Origin: Bacteroidota bacterium
GTDB lineage: Bacteria > Bacteroidota > Bacteroidia > Bacteroidales > JACABE01
Length of the DNA stretch: 64,000 nt
Reading direction: 5' to 3'
NCBI GenBank assembly: GCA_026391675.1
Contig: JAPLDQ010000048.1
Coordinates: forward strand, 13,850 to 77,849
Shown here: positions 49,301-58,903 of the stretch, one piece after another
How the letters are laid out: each line of letters opens with the position of its first letter
Numbering within the stretch: the stretch's first letter is position 1
Notes under the pieces: generated by a model
What the model was told of the DNA's origin: nothing
Database searches by the model: none
The model's input: only the letters and a program-made list of their open reading frames with translations
Position numbers and translations under genes: made by a program

Positions 49301-50011
49301 ATTATTAATGAAGGGCAATGCTTCGTAAAGCCTGTAAATAAAGGTAACAAGAAAAATAAATGCTGTAAGATAAAGAAATACCAAGATATAAACAGCAAAA
49401 TCATTAATTGGCAGATTATAGGCCTCTGATTTAATAGAAAACAGAAAATTAGATCCTGCATCCTTAATATTATATTTTGATGGTTTTAAGCTTATATTTA
49501 TCTGAGATGCTGTGTATAAATCCGGATGAAAATTGTTTTGAAGATAATCGTTCTGGTAGCTGTATTCGTTTTTGATTAATGTTAATGCTATGATTTCATA
49601 GTTTTTAAAATTAATGCTGCTGATTTTGTACCAGCCATTCTGAAGATTCAGTATAGCATGTTTTTTATAATATTTAACTTTGGCTTTTTCGAAGGGAACA
49701 GCATTTTCTGACCAATAGCATAAGGAATCATGGCTATAGATATAGAAAACAATGCCTTCATTTTTATATAAACCATCAGGTAAAACTTCCTGTAAGTTCA
49801 TAAAATCAGATGATGTTTCAAGGCTAAGTTTTATATCAGCCAGATAAGCATGAAGTTTTAAATCTTTGGCAATTAATGTATTTTCAATTTGCTTTGCAAT
49901 ATTTTCAGGTTTATTGGCCTGATTTACATAATTACCATAGTAAGCGGCAAGAAGGAAGCAAATTATTGCTACGAGTAGTGGTTGATAGATTTTATGTTGT
50001 ATAAAGCTCAT
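46322..50011 (-). CDS. Very large multi-TM sensor histidine kinase (HAMP-HisKA-HATPase_c output), no adjacent response regulator
   Basis: H-box VAHEIKNPLTPM, N-box NLIKNAIQA, and G-boxes DNGVGI / GGSGLGL. The N-terminal ~930 aa hold about 12 TM helices and three extracytoplasmic segments. ATG at 50011; the track uses GTG at 50017. Confidence 0.85.
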   Translation of the reverse strand: MSFIQHKIYQPLLVAIICFLLAAYYGNYVNQANKPENIAKQIENTLIAKDLKLHAYLADIKLSLETSSDFMNLQEVLPDGLYKNEGIVFYIYSHDSLCYWSENAVPFEKAKVKYYKKHAILNLQNGWYKISSINFKNYEIIALTLIKNEYSYQNDYLQNNFHPDLYTASQINISLKPSKYNIKDAGSNFLFSIKSEAYNLPINDFAVYILVFLYLTAFIFLVTFIYRLYEALPFINNYPLIKFILFALDVFILRILVFFFHIPAILYDSRLFSPYYYASASYLPSLGDLFINAIVLLYVAYLFFIKINPKTVFTRLMPWQNRISCTLVLLSAIVLYYFYVVLFKSIIIDSSIVLNLNNIFGFTFESILACFSIFAISLSFLFFTMRLFSMAYYQLKSIKFLGLIFLTAILVFILLPLPAFLREGIFYPFAFICLIIILFVFERYTHKIKTFQQLILLLFFFSLFSTFSFYKYNEIKEKGKRKLLVQKLTAENDPIAEFLFKDIMPKIKADTNINRQLKLFYPKDSIINYLKTTYFKGYLSKYSEQMTICKDFEKLIINPDYINVNCDNYFYDKITAIGKPTTTENFYTLDYGNGSNSYIALFRFFEDLNDSLLRTSLYIELDAKFIAKDLGYPELLIDKNMNVSPDLSNYSFASYTNGLLVKHFGKYLYENILQTHDKSEEFSFEDKEAYNHLHYHVNKKTDFIISTPNVSLIERFAPFSFVFIFLGLATILFFFITGNFITIFPSFLNFKTRLQLSVLAIIIISFVIIGITTIIYIKSLNNEKNTELLTEKTHSVLIEIEHKLGNMHAITPQLNGEINDMLIKLSNVFFTDINIFDTNGDLIASSREQLFDEGLISRKMNPQAYFELRNTGKTQFVEKENIGKDEYLSAYMPFRNNENKLIAYVNLPYFAKQSELKKEISSFLKAYLNIYVFLIAVAVFMALFISNYITRPLKLIKDKLSNIKLGKKNEKIDWNKNDEIGNLINEYNSMLDQLARSAEMLAKSEREEAWREMAKQVAHEIKNPLTPMKLSIQHLQKAWEDKDPDWEQRLKRFTNTIVEQIDSLSVIASEFSDFTKLPRTDFEKVEITDCIQHALDLYRDNTENKIRFETQWIENCYVLADRKQLIRVFINLIKNAIQAIPATKEGMIKIAVEKQNTNVKVTIADNGVGIETTQTDKIFSPDFTTKTGGSGLGLAIVKSIIENTGGSIRFESEADKGTVFIVELKEYTI

Positions 50012-50248
50012 AATCACTGCAAATATAGCTTATTTATTATGAATAAGGAGCTATAAATTGATAAAATTTGAGACGGAACAGTGATTAGACATACAGGCTT
50101 TTAAGTATTTAGACTGTTAGATATTTAGTTAGAGGAAAAGTAATATTAGCACTTTGTGTTTAAGTTAAGTGTTTTTGTATGAATTTTCATTAATATCAAC
50201 AGCATTCTGAACATTATTTTATTATTTTTACCAAAAAATTTTTTATTT

Positions 50249-50773
50249 ATGGATAGTCTGAGTAAATATTCTGATCAAATTAAGAGCATGCTTGTTGAAT
50301 ATGCTCCAAAATTTATTTTTGCTGTATTACTTTTAGTAGTTGGTTTATGGCTGATAAAAAAAGTTATTGCTGTTGCTAAAATTGGTTTCGAAAGAAGAAA
50401 GTTTGACAAATCATTGGTTTCATTTCTGAGCAGTATTATCAGTCTGGGGCTTAAAGTATTGCTTATTATTACCGTTGCAGGTATGGTTGGCATACAAACC
50501 ACGTCTGTAATTGCATTATTAGGTGCAGCCGGACTGGCAGTAGGACTGGCATTGCAGGGTAGTCTGGCTAATTTTGCAGGAGGTGTGCTGATTCTGATGT
50601 TTAAACCTTATATCGTTGGAGATACCGTTGAAGTGATGGCTCAAAAAGGAGTGGTTACAGATATTCAGATTTTTCATACGATACTGAGGGGAGATGAAGA
50701 TAAAACGATTATCATTCCTAACGGACCTTTATTAAATGGTGTTATTATTAATATTACTTCTAAACATTTATAA
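50249..50773 (+). CDS. Short MscS-family mechanosensitive channel protein
   Basis: 174 aa. It has TM helices plus the beta-domain motif GDTVEV..QKGVVTDIQIFHT...IIIPNG, but lacks the usual C-terminal alpha/beta domain. Confidence 0.65.
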   Translation: MDSLSKYSDQIKSMLVEYAPKFIFAVLLLVVGLWLIKKVIAVAKIGFERRKFDKSLVSFLSSIISLGLKVLLIITVAGMVGIQTTSVIALLGAAGLAVGLALQGSLANFAGGVLILMFKPYIVGDTVEVMAQKGVVTDIQIFHTILRGDEDKTIIIPNGPLLNGVIINITSKHL

Positions 50774-50784
50774 GATTTAAAGCT

Positions 50785-51687
50785 ATGAAAAAATTACTGA
50801 TTTCAATCATTGTACTGATTGGTATGCATCTTTCAGTCCATGCACAAAACAAAGATTCTATTAATAAGGCTGATACGATAAAATACTGGACAGTAAAAAA
50901 TGCTGTCTTGTTTACCTTTGGGCAGTCATCGTATAAATATTGGGTAAAGGGTGGTGAAAATTCTGTATCGGGCATTGCAAATTACAAATTTACAGCTTTT
51001 TATAAAAAAGACAAAAGCAGTTGGGAAAATACGATTGAACTGGCTTACGGATTGGTGCAGCAGGGGACTAAGAAATCTTATAAAACAGATGATAAAATAG
51101 AATTAACTTCAAACTATGGCTATAGTTCGGGCGGGAATTGGTATTACAGTGGTCTGGTTAATTTTAAGACACAGTTTAGCTATGGTTATAAAAGTGCAGA
51201 TGATGTAGTTCCCGTTTCTAATTTCATGGCACCTGCCTATTTAATAACATCCATTGGTATGGAATATAAGAAACCTGATTTTAATCTGATGTTATCCGCA
51301 TTAACCGGTAAAACAACTTTTGTGTTTGATCCTGCACTTTCTGATATTGGAGCTTTTGGTGTTGATAAAGGTAAAAAACTGAAAGCCGGTGTGGGTTCTT
51401 ATTTAAGAATGACATTCAGAAAAGAACTGATGACGAATATGGAACTGAATAATAAACTCGAATTGTATTCTGATTATTTTGACCATCCTGAGGAAGTAGT
51501 TGTAATTAACGAGTTTGCCATTAAGATGAAAATCAATAAATATTTTTCTACCAATTTGGCTTTTAATCTTATTTACGACCATAACTCCAAATATGTAACC
51601 AAAGATGCAGCCGGCAATATACTTTCCAGTGAAGCTAAATTACAGCTGAAAGAAGTTTTCGGTCTGGCTTTGAATTTTACTTTCTAG
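50785..51687 (+). CDS. Outer-membrane beta-barrel protein, DUF3078-like
   Basis: Signal peptide and an early W....GQSSYKYWVKGGENS motif that I recall from DUF3078. Amphipathic strands ending NFTF. Confidence 0.5.
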   Translation: MKKLLISIIVLIGMHLSVHAQNKDSINKADTIKYWTVKNAVLFTFGQSSYKYWVKGGENSVSGIANYKFTAFYKKDKSSWENTIELAYGLVQQGTKKSYKTDDKIELTSNYGYSSGGNWYYSGLVNFKTQFSYGYKSADDVVPVSNFMAPAYLITSIGMEYKKPDFNLMLSALTGKTTFVFDPALSDIGAFGVDKGKKLKAGVGSYLRMTFRKELMTNMELNNKLELYSDYFDHPEEVVVINEFAIKMKINKYFSTNLAFNLIYDHNSKYVTKDAAGNILSSEAKLQLKEVFGLALNFTF

Positions 51688-51691
51688 GTTA

Positions 51692-51776
51692 ATGGCACAC
51701 AGTATAACACAGATTAAGCTGATTTTCACTGATTAATCTGTGCTTTTCTGTAATATAATTGTCATCAGTGTGCCAT
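51692..51776. repeat. Nested perfect inverted repeats built from CACAG/ATCTGTG words
   Basis: Outer arms ATGGCACAC (51692-51700) / GTGTGCCAT (51768-51776). Inner arms CACAGATTAA (51708-51717) / TTAATCTGTG (51733-51742). Confidence 0.8.
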
Positions 51777-51796
51777 ATATTCTGACAAATATGGAT

Positions 51797-51830
51797 AAAA
51801 AAAAGCCGAAGTCAAAACTCCGGCTTTCTT
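51797..51830. terminator. Bidirectional terminator between the DUF3078-like gene and hppA
   Basis: GCCGAAGT / ACTCCGGC stem (7 pairs, 1 mismatch) flanked by an A8 run and a T-rich tail. Confidence 0.55.
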
Positions 51831-51854
51831 ATTAATTTAATATTATTGTTTAGT

Positions 51855-54383
51855 TTATTGTTTGATTCTCATTTTGTAGAACGAACGGTATACAAAATAT
51901 AAAGCAACTGCTAAGAATACAATACCAACATAGTGGGCAATAGGTCTGAAAGCTTCAGAGATTGCAATTTCCATAGCTAATAATCCAAATAATGTAGTAA
52001 ATTTAATAATTGGATTCAAGGCAACTGATGAAGTATCTTTAAACGGATCACCAACAGTATCACCTACAACAGAAGCTGCGTGTAATTCAGTTCCTTTTTC
52101 TTTCATATCCACTTCAATTACTTTTTTAGCATTATCCCAAGCACCGCCGGCATTAGCCATAAAAATAGCCTGATATAAACCAAAGAATGCAATTGAAATT
52201 AAATAACTTACAAATAAGGAAACCGGTGCAGCATAATGTAATTTATCAGCATCACTCATGCCTGCAACTAATCCAACTGGCGATGATAAAAATGCAAATG
52301 CCAGTGCAAAAGAGAAAATAGCTACAAATATATTTAACATTCCTTTTTGAGCATATTGTGTACAGATTTTTACCACTTCTTTTGATTTTTCAACATCCGC
52401 TTTTTTAGGCGCATTCGGATCAAGATTTATATGTTGTTTGATATATGCTACCGCACGGCTGGCACCTGTAGATACAGCCTGAATAGAAGCTCCGGAGAAC
52501 CAGTAAACAACAGCACCACCTAATAAGAAACCGAAGATAGAATATGGATTTAATAGGTTCAGCACCATTTCTGGTTGAATACCCAATGAGCCTTTAATAA
52601 CCAGAATCAGTGAGAAAATCATGGTTGTAGCACCTACTACAGCTGTACCGATTAACACAGGTTTTGCAGTAGCTTTAAAGGTGTTACCTGCTCCATCATT
52701 TGCTTCCAGATAATGTTTTGATTTTTCAAAATCAGGTTTGAAGCCAAAATCTTTTTCAATTTCTTCGCTGATACCGGGAATTTCTTCAATTAAAGATAAT
52801 TCATAAATAGACTGAGCATTATCGGTAACAGGGCCGTAACTGTCAACTGCAATAGTAACTGGACCCATGCCTAACATACCAAAAGCAACCAAGCCAAAAG
52901 CAAAGATAGATGGATACATCATAAAATCAGCTAATCCTTCTTTGCTGGCATAATATGCAATAAACATTAAAAAGAAAAATACCATTCCCTGCCAGAAAGC
53001 ACTGAAATTACCGGCTACTAAACCTGATAAAATATTTAGTGAAGCACCGCCTTCTTTTGAGGCTTCTACAACTTCCTTAACGTGAGTTGATTTAGGACTG
53101 GTGAAAAGTTTAGTAAACTCTGGAATTAAAGCTGCACCTAATGTACCTGCACTAATTATTATAGATAATTTAATCCATAAATCGTTTGGTAAATCTTTAA
53201 TCGTTAAATAACTTACAATGAAAGTAACAATTATCGACATAATTGAAGTAATCCAAACCAATGATGTTAAAGGTTTTTCAAAATCAAGATCGTCAACATT
53301 GTCGTATTTTGCTTTGCTGATTACATTATTTATTCCAAAAGAAACAATAGAAGTAACAATCATTAAGATACGCATTACAAATATCCAAACCAATAATTTA
53401 ACCTGAAGAATTCCTGTTAAAATTTTTAATGAAGCTTCACTTGTAATATCAAAATTAGCTACACCAAATGTTGTAGCAAGATTTTTTACAAATTCGGGAT
53501 TAAAACCAGCGATTGTTTTTAAGCTATAACCTACAGCTAAAATAATAAAAGAAATCAATGCAACACCGGTTACACCGTAAGTTTCGAAACCATCAGCAGT
53601 TGGGCCAACAGAGTCACCTGCATTATCACCAACACAGTCAGCAATAGTACCCGGATTACGTGGGTCATCTTCACCAATTTTGAAAATTACTTTCATTAAA
53701 TCAGACCCAATGTCGGCAATTTTAGTAAAAATACCGCCTGCTATACGCAAAGCTGAAGCACCTAATGATTCACCGATAGCAAAACCAATAAAACTTGCAC
53801 CTGCATATTCACCCGGAACAAATAACAGAATAATCAACATCATGATTAATTCCAGAGAAATCAGCATCACACCAATACTCATACCTGCATTTAAAGGGAT
53901 GTTTAATAATTTGATGGGTTTTCTTTCCAAAGAAGCAAAAGCCATACGTGAATTGGCCAGGGTATTCATTCTGATACCAAACCAGGCAACGCTATATGAA
54001 CCTAAGATACCTAAGACTGTCCATCCTAAAATCATGGCTACACCACCTATGCCAAAATCACCTGATAAAACTCCAAAGTAAAAGGCTACTGCTGTACCAA
54101 TAAATGCAAACAGAATCAATAAAAATTTTCCTTGTTGTACCAGATAGGTTTTTGAAGTTTCAAAAATAACTTTAGCAACATCAAGCATTGATTGATGTGC
54201 TCTGATTTTTTTAACTTTTAAAAATTGGAACAATCCAAATAGCATACCTAAAATGGTAACTAAAAACCCCCAATACAAAATTGATTCTGATCTGATAGCA
54301 TCAGGGATTACTAAATTTGCTTCGCTTGCAAAGCTGATAACTGGCAGTAATAATGCCAATAACACGACATAAATTTTTCTCAT
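51855..54383 (-). CDS. hppA: Membrane-bound ion-translocating pyrophosphatase, long divergent form
   Basis: 842 aa with CVGDNAGDSVGPTADGFETYG, DSYGPVTDNA, GNTFKATAK, and GGAWDNAKK...GDTVGDPFKDTSS. Confidence 0.88.
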   Translation of the reverse strand: MRKIYVVLLALLLPVISFASEANLVIPDAIRSESILYWGFLVTILGMLFGLFQFLKVKKIRAHQSMLDVAKVIFETSKTYLVQQGKFLLILFAFIGTAVAFYFGVLSGDFGIGGVAMILGWTVLGILGSYSVAWFGIRMNTLANSRMAFASLERKPIKLLNIPLNAGMSIGVMLISLELIMMLIILLFVPGEYAGASFIGFAIGESLGASALRIAGGIFTKIADIGSDLMKVIFKIGEDDPRNPGTIADCVGDNAGDSVGPTADGFETYGVTGVALISFIILAVGYSLKTIAGFNPEFVKNLATTFGVANFDITSEASLKILTGILQVKLLVWIFVMRILMIVTSIVSFGINNVISKAKYDNVDDLDFEKPLTSLVWITSIMSIIVTFIVSYLTIKDLPNDLWIKLSIIISAGTLGAALIPEFTKLFTSPKSTHVKEVVEASKEGGASLNILSGLVAGNFSAFWQGMVFFFLMFIAYYASKEGLADFMMYPSIFAFGLVAFGMLGMGPVTIAVDSYGPVTDNAQSIYELSLIEEIPGISEEIEKDFGFKPDFEKSKHYLEANDGAGNTFKATAKPVLIGTAVVGATTMIFSLILVIKGSLGIQPEMVLNLLNPYSIFGFLLGGAVVYWFSGASIQAVSTGASRAVAYIKQHINLDPNAPKKADVEKSKEVVKICTQYAQKGMLNIFVAIFSFALAFAFLSSPVGLVAGMSDADKLHYAAPVSLFVSYLISIAFFGLYQAIFMANAGGAWDNAKKVIEVDMKEKGTELHAASVVGDTVGDPFKDTSSVALNPIIKFTTLFGLLAMEIAISEAFRPIAHYVGIVFLAVALYFVYRSFYKMRIKQ

Positions 54384-54645
54384 AAAATCTAAATTTTTGT
54401 TTAAAATTCTCCTTTAATTTTAGCAAATATATAAAAGAATTTTAAATTTCAATGCATTTGTTAAAATTTTTAATTATGCTTTCTAACAAAGTTTATTATA
54501 AAATGTTTAAAATATTGTTTTATTTTCCACCATAAAATTTTAATTATTTCAAATTAAATTATTAAAATTCAATAAATTGAATAAAATAATAAGTTTGATG
54601 CATTTGTTTTTTATTTTAAAAATTCATCTTTGACCGAAAAAGATA

Positions 54646-54653
54646 TATTTTTG
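54646..54653 (+). promoter_or_regulatory. Candidate -7 box (TATTTTTG)
   Basis: Matches TAnnTTTG 46 nt upstream of ATG 54700. Confidence 0.3.
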
Positions 54654-54699
54654 TAACTATATAATTTATAATTTTAGACTCCAAAAATCTGCATCCATA

Positions 54700-55281
54700 A
54701 TGGAGAAAATAAAACTGGATATAATTGGTTTATCCTACAGTCAAACACAAACAGGAGCTTATGCCCTGATACTCGGTGAATCTACCGGTGAAAGACGGTT
54801 ACCTATAATTATAGGAGGTTTTGAGGCACAGGCCATAGCCATTGAACTGGAAAAAATGAAGCCAACCCGTCCTTTAACCCATGATCTTTTTAAAACCCTT
54901 GCAGATTCTTTTTTCATTACTATTGTTGAAGTGATTATACATAAATTTTCTGAAGGTGTTTTTTATGCAAAGCTAATTACATCAGATGGTAAAACAAATG
55001 AAGAAATCGATGCCCGTACATCTGATGCTGTAGCACTGGCTTTACGTTTTCATTGTCCGATTTATACCTATGAGAATGTATTAGCCGCCGCAGGTATCAT
55101 TATGACAGAAAGTGATAAAGAAAGCAGTCCAAAAACTGAAACTCCGGAACCCGATACCAGTGAGTTGGATGCTTATACCCTCGAAGAATTGGAAGAATTA
55201 CTAAAAATTACAATTGAAAATGAAGATTACGAAAGGGCTTCGCAAGTGAGAGACGAAATAAAGAAGAGAAAAGGGAAGTAG
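54700..55281 (+). CDS. Bifunctional nuclease (DUF151/BFN) with C-terminal UVR motif
   Basis: 193 aa with LPIIIGGFEAQAI, RPLTHDL and DARTSDAVALALR motifs, and a C-terminal EDYERASQVRDEIKKRK. Confidence 0.8.
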   Translation: MEKIKLDIIGLSYSQTQTGAYALILGESTGERRLPIIIGGFEAQAIAIELEKMKPTRPLTHDLFKTLADSFFITIVEVIIHKFSEGVFYAKLITSDGKTNEEIDARTSDAVALALRFHCPIYTYENVLAAAGIIMTESDKESSPKTETPEPDTSELDAYTLEELEELLKITIENEDYERASQVRDEIKKRKGK

Positions 55282-55406
55282 GACTAAGATATGAGTTATA
55301 AATTATAAGTGATGAATGATGAGGTGGGTCAGGGTTGCGATTTAAACATATTCAAAAATTCAAGTACTGAAGAATTCAAAGATTTAATAATCTAATAAAT
55401 ATTACT

Positions 55407-56768
55407 ATGGGAATTAAGAACCGACTTATTATAATGAGTTTTTTACAGTTTTTTGTCTGGGGTGCATGGCTGATAACGATTGGAACTTATTGTTTTAATG
55501 CTAAAGGTTGGACAGGAGCACAATTTGGTGCAGTATTTTCAACGCTGGCCCTTTCATCACTTTTTATGCCGGCAATTACTGGTATTATTGCTGATAAGTG
55601 GCTTAATGCTGAACGTTTGTATGGTATTTTGCATATTTTTTACGGTATCATTCTTTTTATGGTTCCCATGGTTAATGATCCTGATACTCTGTATTATGTG
55701 ATTTTTGGAGCTATGATCTGTTATATGCCTACCATTTCCTTATCAAATTCCATTGCTTATAATATTTTAAAGCGGAATAACTTTGATGTCATTAAAGTTT
55801 TTCCTCCCATAAGAGTATGGGGAACTATTGGTTTTATAGTGGCCATGTGGATTACCAATCTGAGTGGTAGCAAAGCCAATGCCAATCAGTTTATTATAGC
55901 AGCTTTTGCTGCAATAGCTCTTGGTGTTTACTCATTTACTTTGCCCAAATGTCCACCTCAAAAATCAATTTCAAAAGATTCTTCTTTTATTGAAATGTTG
56001 GGCCTCAAGGCTTTTAAATTGTTTGGAAACTATAAAATGGCCGTGTTCTTTATATTTGCCATGTTTTTAGGTGGTGCGCTTCAACTGACAAATATGTATG
56101 GTGACACTTATATTTCTGATTTTGAAAAGGTAAAAAAATACGCAGATTTAATTTTAGATTATCAAAATATATTTTTACCAACCTTATATAAAATAAATAA
56201 TATTTGGGATAAAATTCATTATGTATTTAATTATCCGAAATTATTATCAATTCTTGTAATTAAATATTCAACCATTATAATGTCAATTTCACAGATTTCA
56301 GAAACTGTATTCATTTTAGCAATTCCATTTTTCCTGAAACGTTTGGGAATTAAGAAGGTTATGATTATCTCCATGATTGCTTGGGTATTGCGTTTCGGAT
56401 TATTCGCTTATGGTAATCCTTCTGATGGATTGTGGATGATTATCTTATCATGTATCGTTTATGGAATGGCTTTTGATTTCTTTAATATTTCAGGTTCATT
56501 GTTTGTAGAAACCACAACAGATTCTTCAATCAGATCAAGTGCACAGGGCTTATTTATGATGATGACAAACGGATTTGGAGCCTATTTTGGCAGTAAAATA
56601 AGTGGTTTCGTTATAGATAGATATTATACTACTGCTCAAGGAAAAGACTGGCATGGTATCTGGCTGAGTTTTGCCATTTATTCGGCCATAGTAGCGATTT
56701 TATTTGCCGTTTTCTTCAAACATAAACATGATCCCAACGCATTAAAAGCTGCTGAATTGAAACATTAA
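55407..56768 (+). CDS. MFS nucleoside:H+ symporter (NupG/XapB family)
   Basis: N-terminal RLIIMSFLQFFVWGAWLITIGTY is characteristic of NupG. 12 TM with an insertion in the central loop. Confidence 0.8.
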   Translation: MGIKNRLIIMSFLQFFVWGAWLITIGTYCFNAKGWTGAQFGAVFSTLALSSLFMPAITGIIADKWLNAERLYGILHIFYGIILFMVPMVNDPDTLYYVIFGAMICYMPTISLSNSIAYNILKRNNFDVIKVFPPIRVWGTIGFIVAMWITNLSGSKANANQFIIAAFAAIALGVYSFTLPKCPPQKSISKDSSFIEMLGLKAFKLFGNYKMAVFFIFAMFLGGALQLTNMYGDTYISDFEKVKKYADLILDYQNIFLPTLYKINNIWDKIHYVFNYPKLLSILVIKYSTIIMSISQISETVFILAIPFFLKRLGIKKVMIISMIAWVLRFGLFAYGNPSDGLWMIILSCIVYGMAFDFFNISGSLFVETTTDSSIRSSAQGLFMMMTNGFGAYFGSKISGFVIDRYYTTAQGKDWHGIWLSFAIYSAIVAILFAVFFKHKHDPNALKAAELKH

Positions 56769-56807
56769 TCCATTTTTTACGTAAGTAAAAACCAGATTTA
56801 TAAGAAT

Positions 56808-57896
56808 ATGCGTTTTTATATTACGGTTTCATTATTTTTTGTATTCATTATTGCTTTTGATATGTCAATATCTGCTCAAACGGGCAAATATGCGACGCTG
56901 GGAGTTGCTTCCTATTATCATAGCTGGCTGGCCGGAAAAAAAACAGCCAATGGTGAAAGATATAATGAATCTCAAATGACCGCTGCTCATTTAAACTTAC
57001 CCTTTAATTCAAAAGTTAAGGTAACCAATTTGTATAATAAAAAATCAGTTATTGTAAGAATTAATGACCGTGGTCCCTTTATTAACAGAAGGATTATTGA
57101 TTTATCAAGAGCAGCAGCCGATTCTCTGGGATTTATATTTAATGGCCTGACTAAAGTCCAGCTTACCATATTGAGTTATGGAAAGCCTCAAACATATATC
57201 GCTTCAGCAAATCTGCTTAAAAAATCTCCTTTGGCAAAAGAAAGTTCATCTGAACATTTAAGTATTATACCTTTTGAAACTGCTATGCCGTTTGAAGAAG
57301 AAACAAATATTTTTACTGATAATACTGTAACAACTAATGATACTTTAACCTTTGCTGTCAATATCAATTCAACACCAAAGACAATTAAGGGAAAAACTGC
57401 TGAAACAATACATCCAATTGTAATACCGGATACTTTGCAAGCAAAAGTTGTTAAACCAACCGATAGTTTTGTTATAGCTGAAGTAAAACCTAAGGAAACA
57501 GTTATTCTGACAATTGTTCAGGATACTTTAACTGTTGATGCTGTTAAAACAACTATTAAAGAAATAATCACTAACGAAAAAATAACAGCTGTAATCGATG
57601 CTGTGCATACAGTTGATACTTTTGCAGCAAATCCTGATGTTGCTGTAAAAAATAGTAATACAGTATCCTTAAATTTTGGTTTACAGATTGGAAGTTTTAA
57701 GCTCAGAGACAATGCTGCCAAGCTTACAGCTAAAATGAAAGCAAACTATAATGATATATGTATTGAAGAAATTAAAAAGGAAAATGCTAGTTTTTATCGT
57801 GTAATTATTGGTAAATTTGCAGATGAAAAAGAAGCAATAATGCTAAAAGAAAAATTGAATAATTTATTTCCGGCAAGCTTTATTGTACGTCATTAA
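56808..57896 (+). CDS. rlpA: RlpA-like lytic transglycosylase with long T/V/K-rich linker and C-terminal SPOR domain (second paralog)
   Basis: ASYYHSWLAGKKTANGERY..MTAAH..LPF.S.VKVTN..N.KSVIVRINDRGPF, and a C-terminal SPOR-like FYRVIIGKFADEKEA. Confidence 0.8.
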   Translation: MRFYITVSLFFVFIIAFDMSISAQTGKYATLGVASYYHSWLAGKKTANGERYNESQMTAAHLNLPFNSKVKVTNLYNKKSVIVRINDRGPFINRRIIDLSRAAADSLGFIFNGLTKVQLTILSYGKPQTYIASANLLKKSPLAKESSSEHLSIIPFETAMPFEEETNIFTDNTVTTNDTLTFAVNINSTPKTIKGKTAETIHPIVIPDTLQAKVVKPTDSFVIAEVKPKETVILTIVQDTLTVDAVKTTIKEIITNEKITAVIDAVHTVDTFAANPDVAVKNSNTVSLNFGLQIGSFKLRDNAAKLTAKMKANYNDICIEEIKKENASFYRVIIGKFADEKEAIMLKEKLNNLFPASFIVRH

Positions 57897-57902
57897 TACA
57901 AT

Positions 57903-58697
57903 ATGCAACAATATCTTCAATTACTTGATTACGTGATGCAAAATGGTGTCCGCAAGGAAGACCGCACCGGCACCGGCACACTCAGCACATTTGGATATCA
58001 GATGCGCTTTAATATGGAAGAAGGATTTCCCCTTCTGACTACAAAAAAATTACATTTACGCTCCATTATTTATGAATTGTTATGGTTCTTAAATGGTGAT
58101 ACCAATGTTAAATACCTCAATGATAACAAAGTAAGTATATGGAACGAATGGGCCGATGAAAACGGGGATTTAGGTCCGATTTACGGCTACCAGTGGCGCA
58201 ACTGGAAAACCAATGAGGGTAAAGTAATTGACCAGATTGTTCAGGTAGTGGATTCATTAAAAAATAATCCTGATTCAAGACGTCACATTGTAAGTGCATG
58301 GAATGTCGGCGAAATAGATAAAATGGCTTTACCTCCCTGTCATGTGATGTTTCAGTTTTATGTAGCCAATGGAAAATTATCCTGTCATTTATATCAGCGT
58401 AGTGCAGATATTTTTCTGGGAGTTCCTTTCAATATTGCTTCCTATGCCATTTTATTATTGATGATGGCTCAGGTAACAGGATATAAGGCGGCTGAGTTTG
58501 TGCATACCCTGGGAGATGCTCATATTTATATGAATCATATTGAACAGGTAAAAACACAGTTAGCCCGTGATGCACGTGAATTACCTCAGTTGATAGTGAA
58601 TAAGGATGTAAAAAGTATTTTTGATTTTAAATTTGAAGATTTTAAATTGCAGAATTACAATCCACATCCGCATATTAAGGGCGAAATAGCGATATAA
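57903..58697 (+). CDS. thyA: Thymidylate synthase (ThyA type)
   Basis: 264 aa with DRTGTGT, the active site ALPPCH.MFQFYV, and [17 protein letters not shown]. Confidence 0.96.
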   Translation: MQQYLQLLDYVMQNGVRKEDRTGTGTLSTFGYQMRFNMEEGFPLLTTKKLHLRSIIYELLWFLNGDTNVKYLNDNKVSIWNEWADENGDLGPIYGYQWRNWKTNEGKVIDQIVQVVDSLKNNPDSRRHIVSAWNVGEIDKMALPPCHVMFQFYVANGKLSCHLYQRSADIFLGVPFNIASYAILLLMMAQVTGYKAAEFVHTLGDAHIYMNHIEQVKTQLARDARELPQLIVNKDVKSIFDFKFEDFKLQNYNPHPHIKGEIAI

Positions 58698-58717
58698 ATC
58701 ATAAATGGAATGCGGAT

Positions 58718-58853
58718 AACGCGGATACCTTTGGTAGTCGCTGATAAAAACGGATTTTTATGAATTTATTACAAAGTATTCAGCTAGTTTCTGAAATCAA
58801 AAATCGTTAATCTTTGTTTTAAATACAAGAAACAATCTGGGAGAATCCGCGTT
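58718..58853. repeat. 9-bp perfect inverted repeat (AACGCGGAT / ATCCGCGTT) whose arms are word stutters
   Basis: Left arm gcggataacgcggata. Right arm aatccgcgt..aatctgcgt attcagcgt. The interior tcaaaaatcgttaatctttgtttt resembles 6301-6324. Confidence 0.7.
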
Positions 58854-58903
58854 TTCGATAGGAATCTGCGTATTCAGCGTTACAAAAATACATAAATTTA
58901 AAA

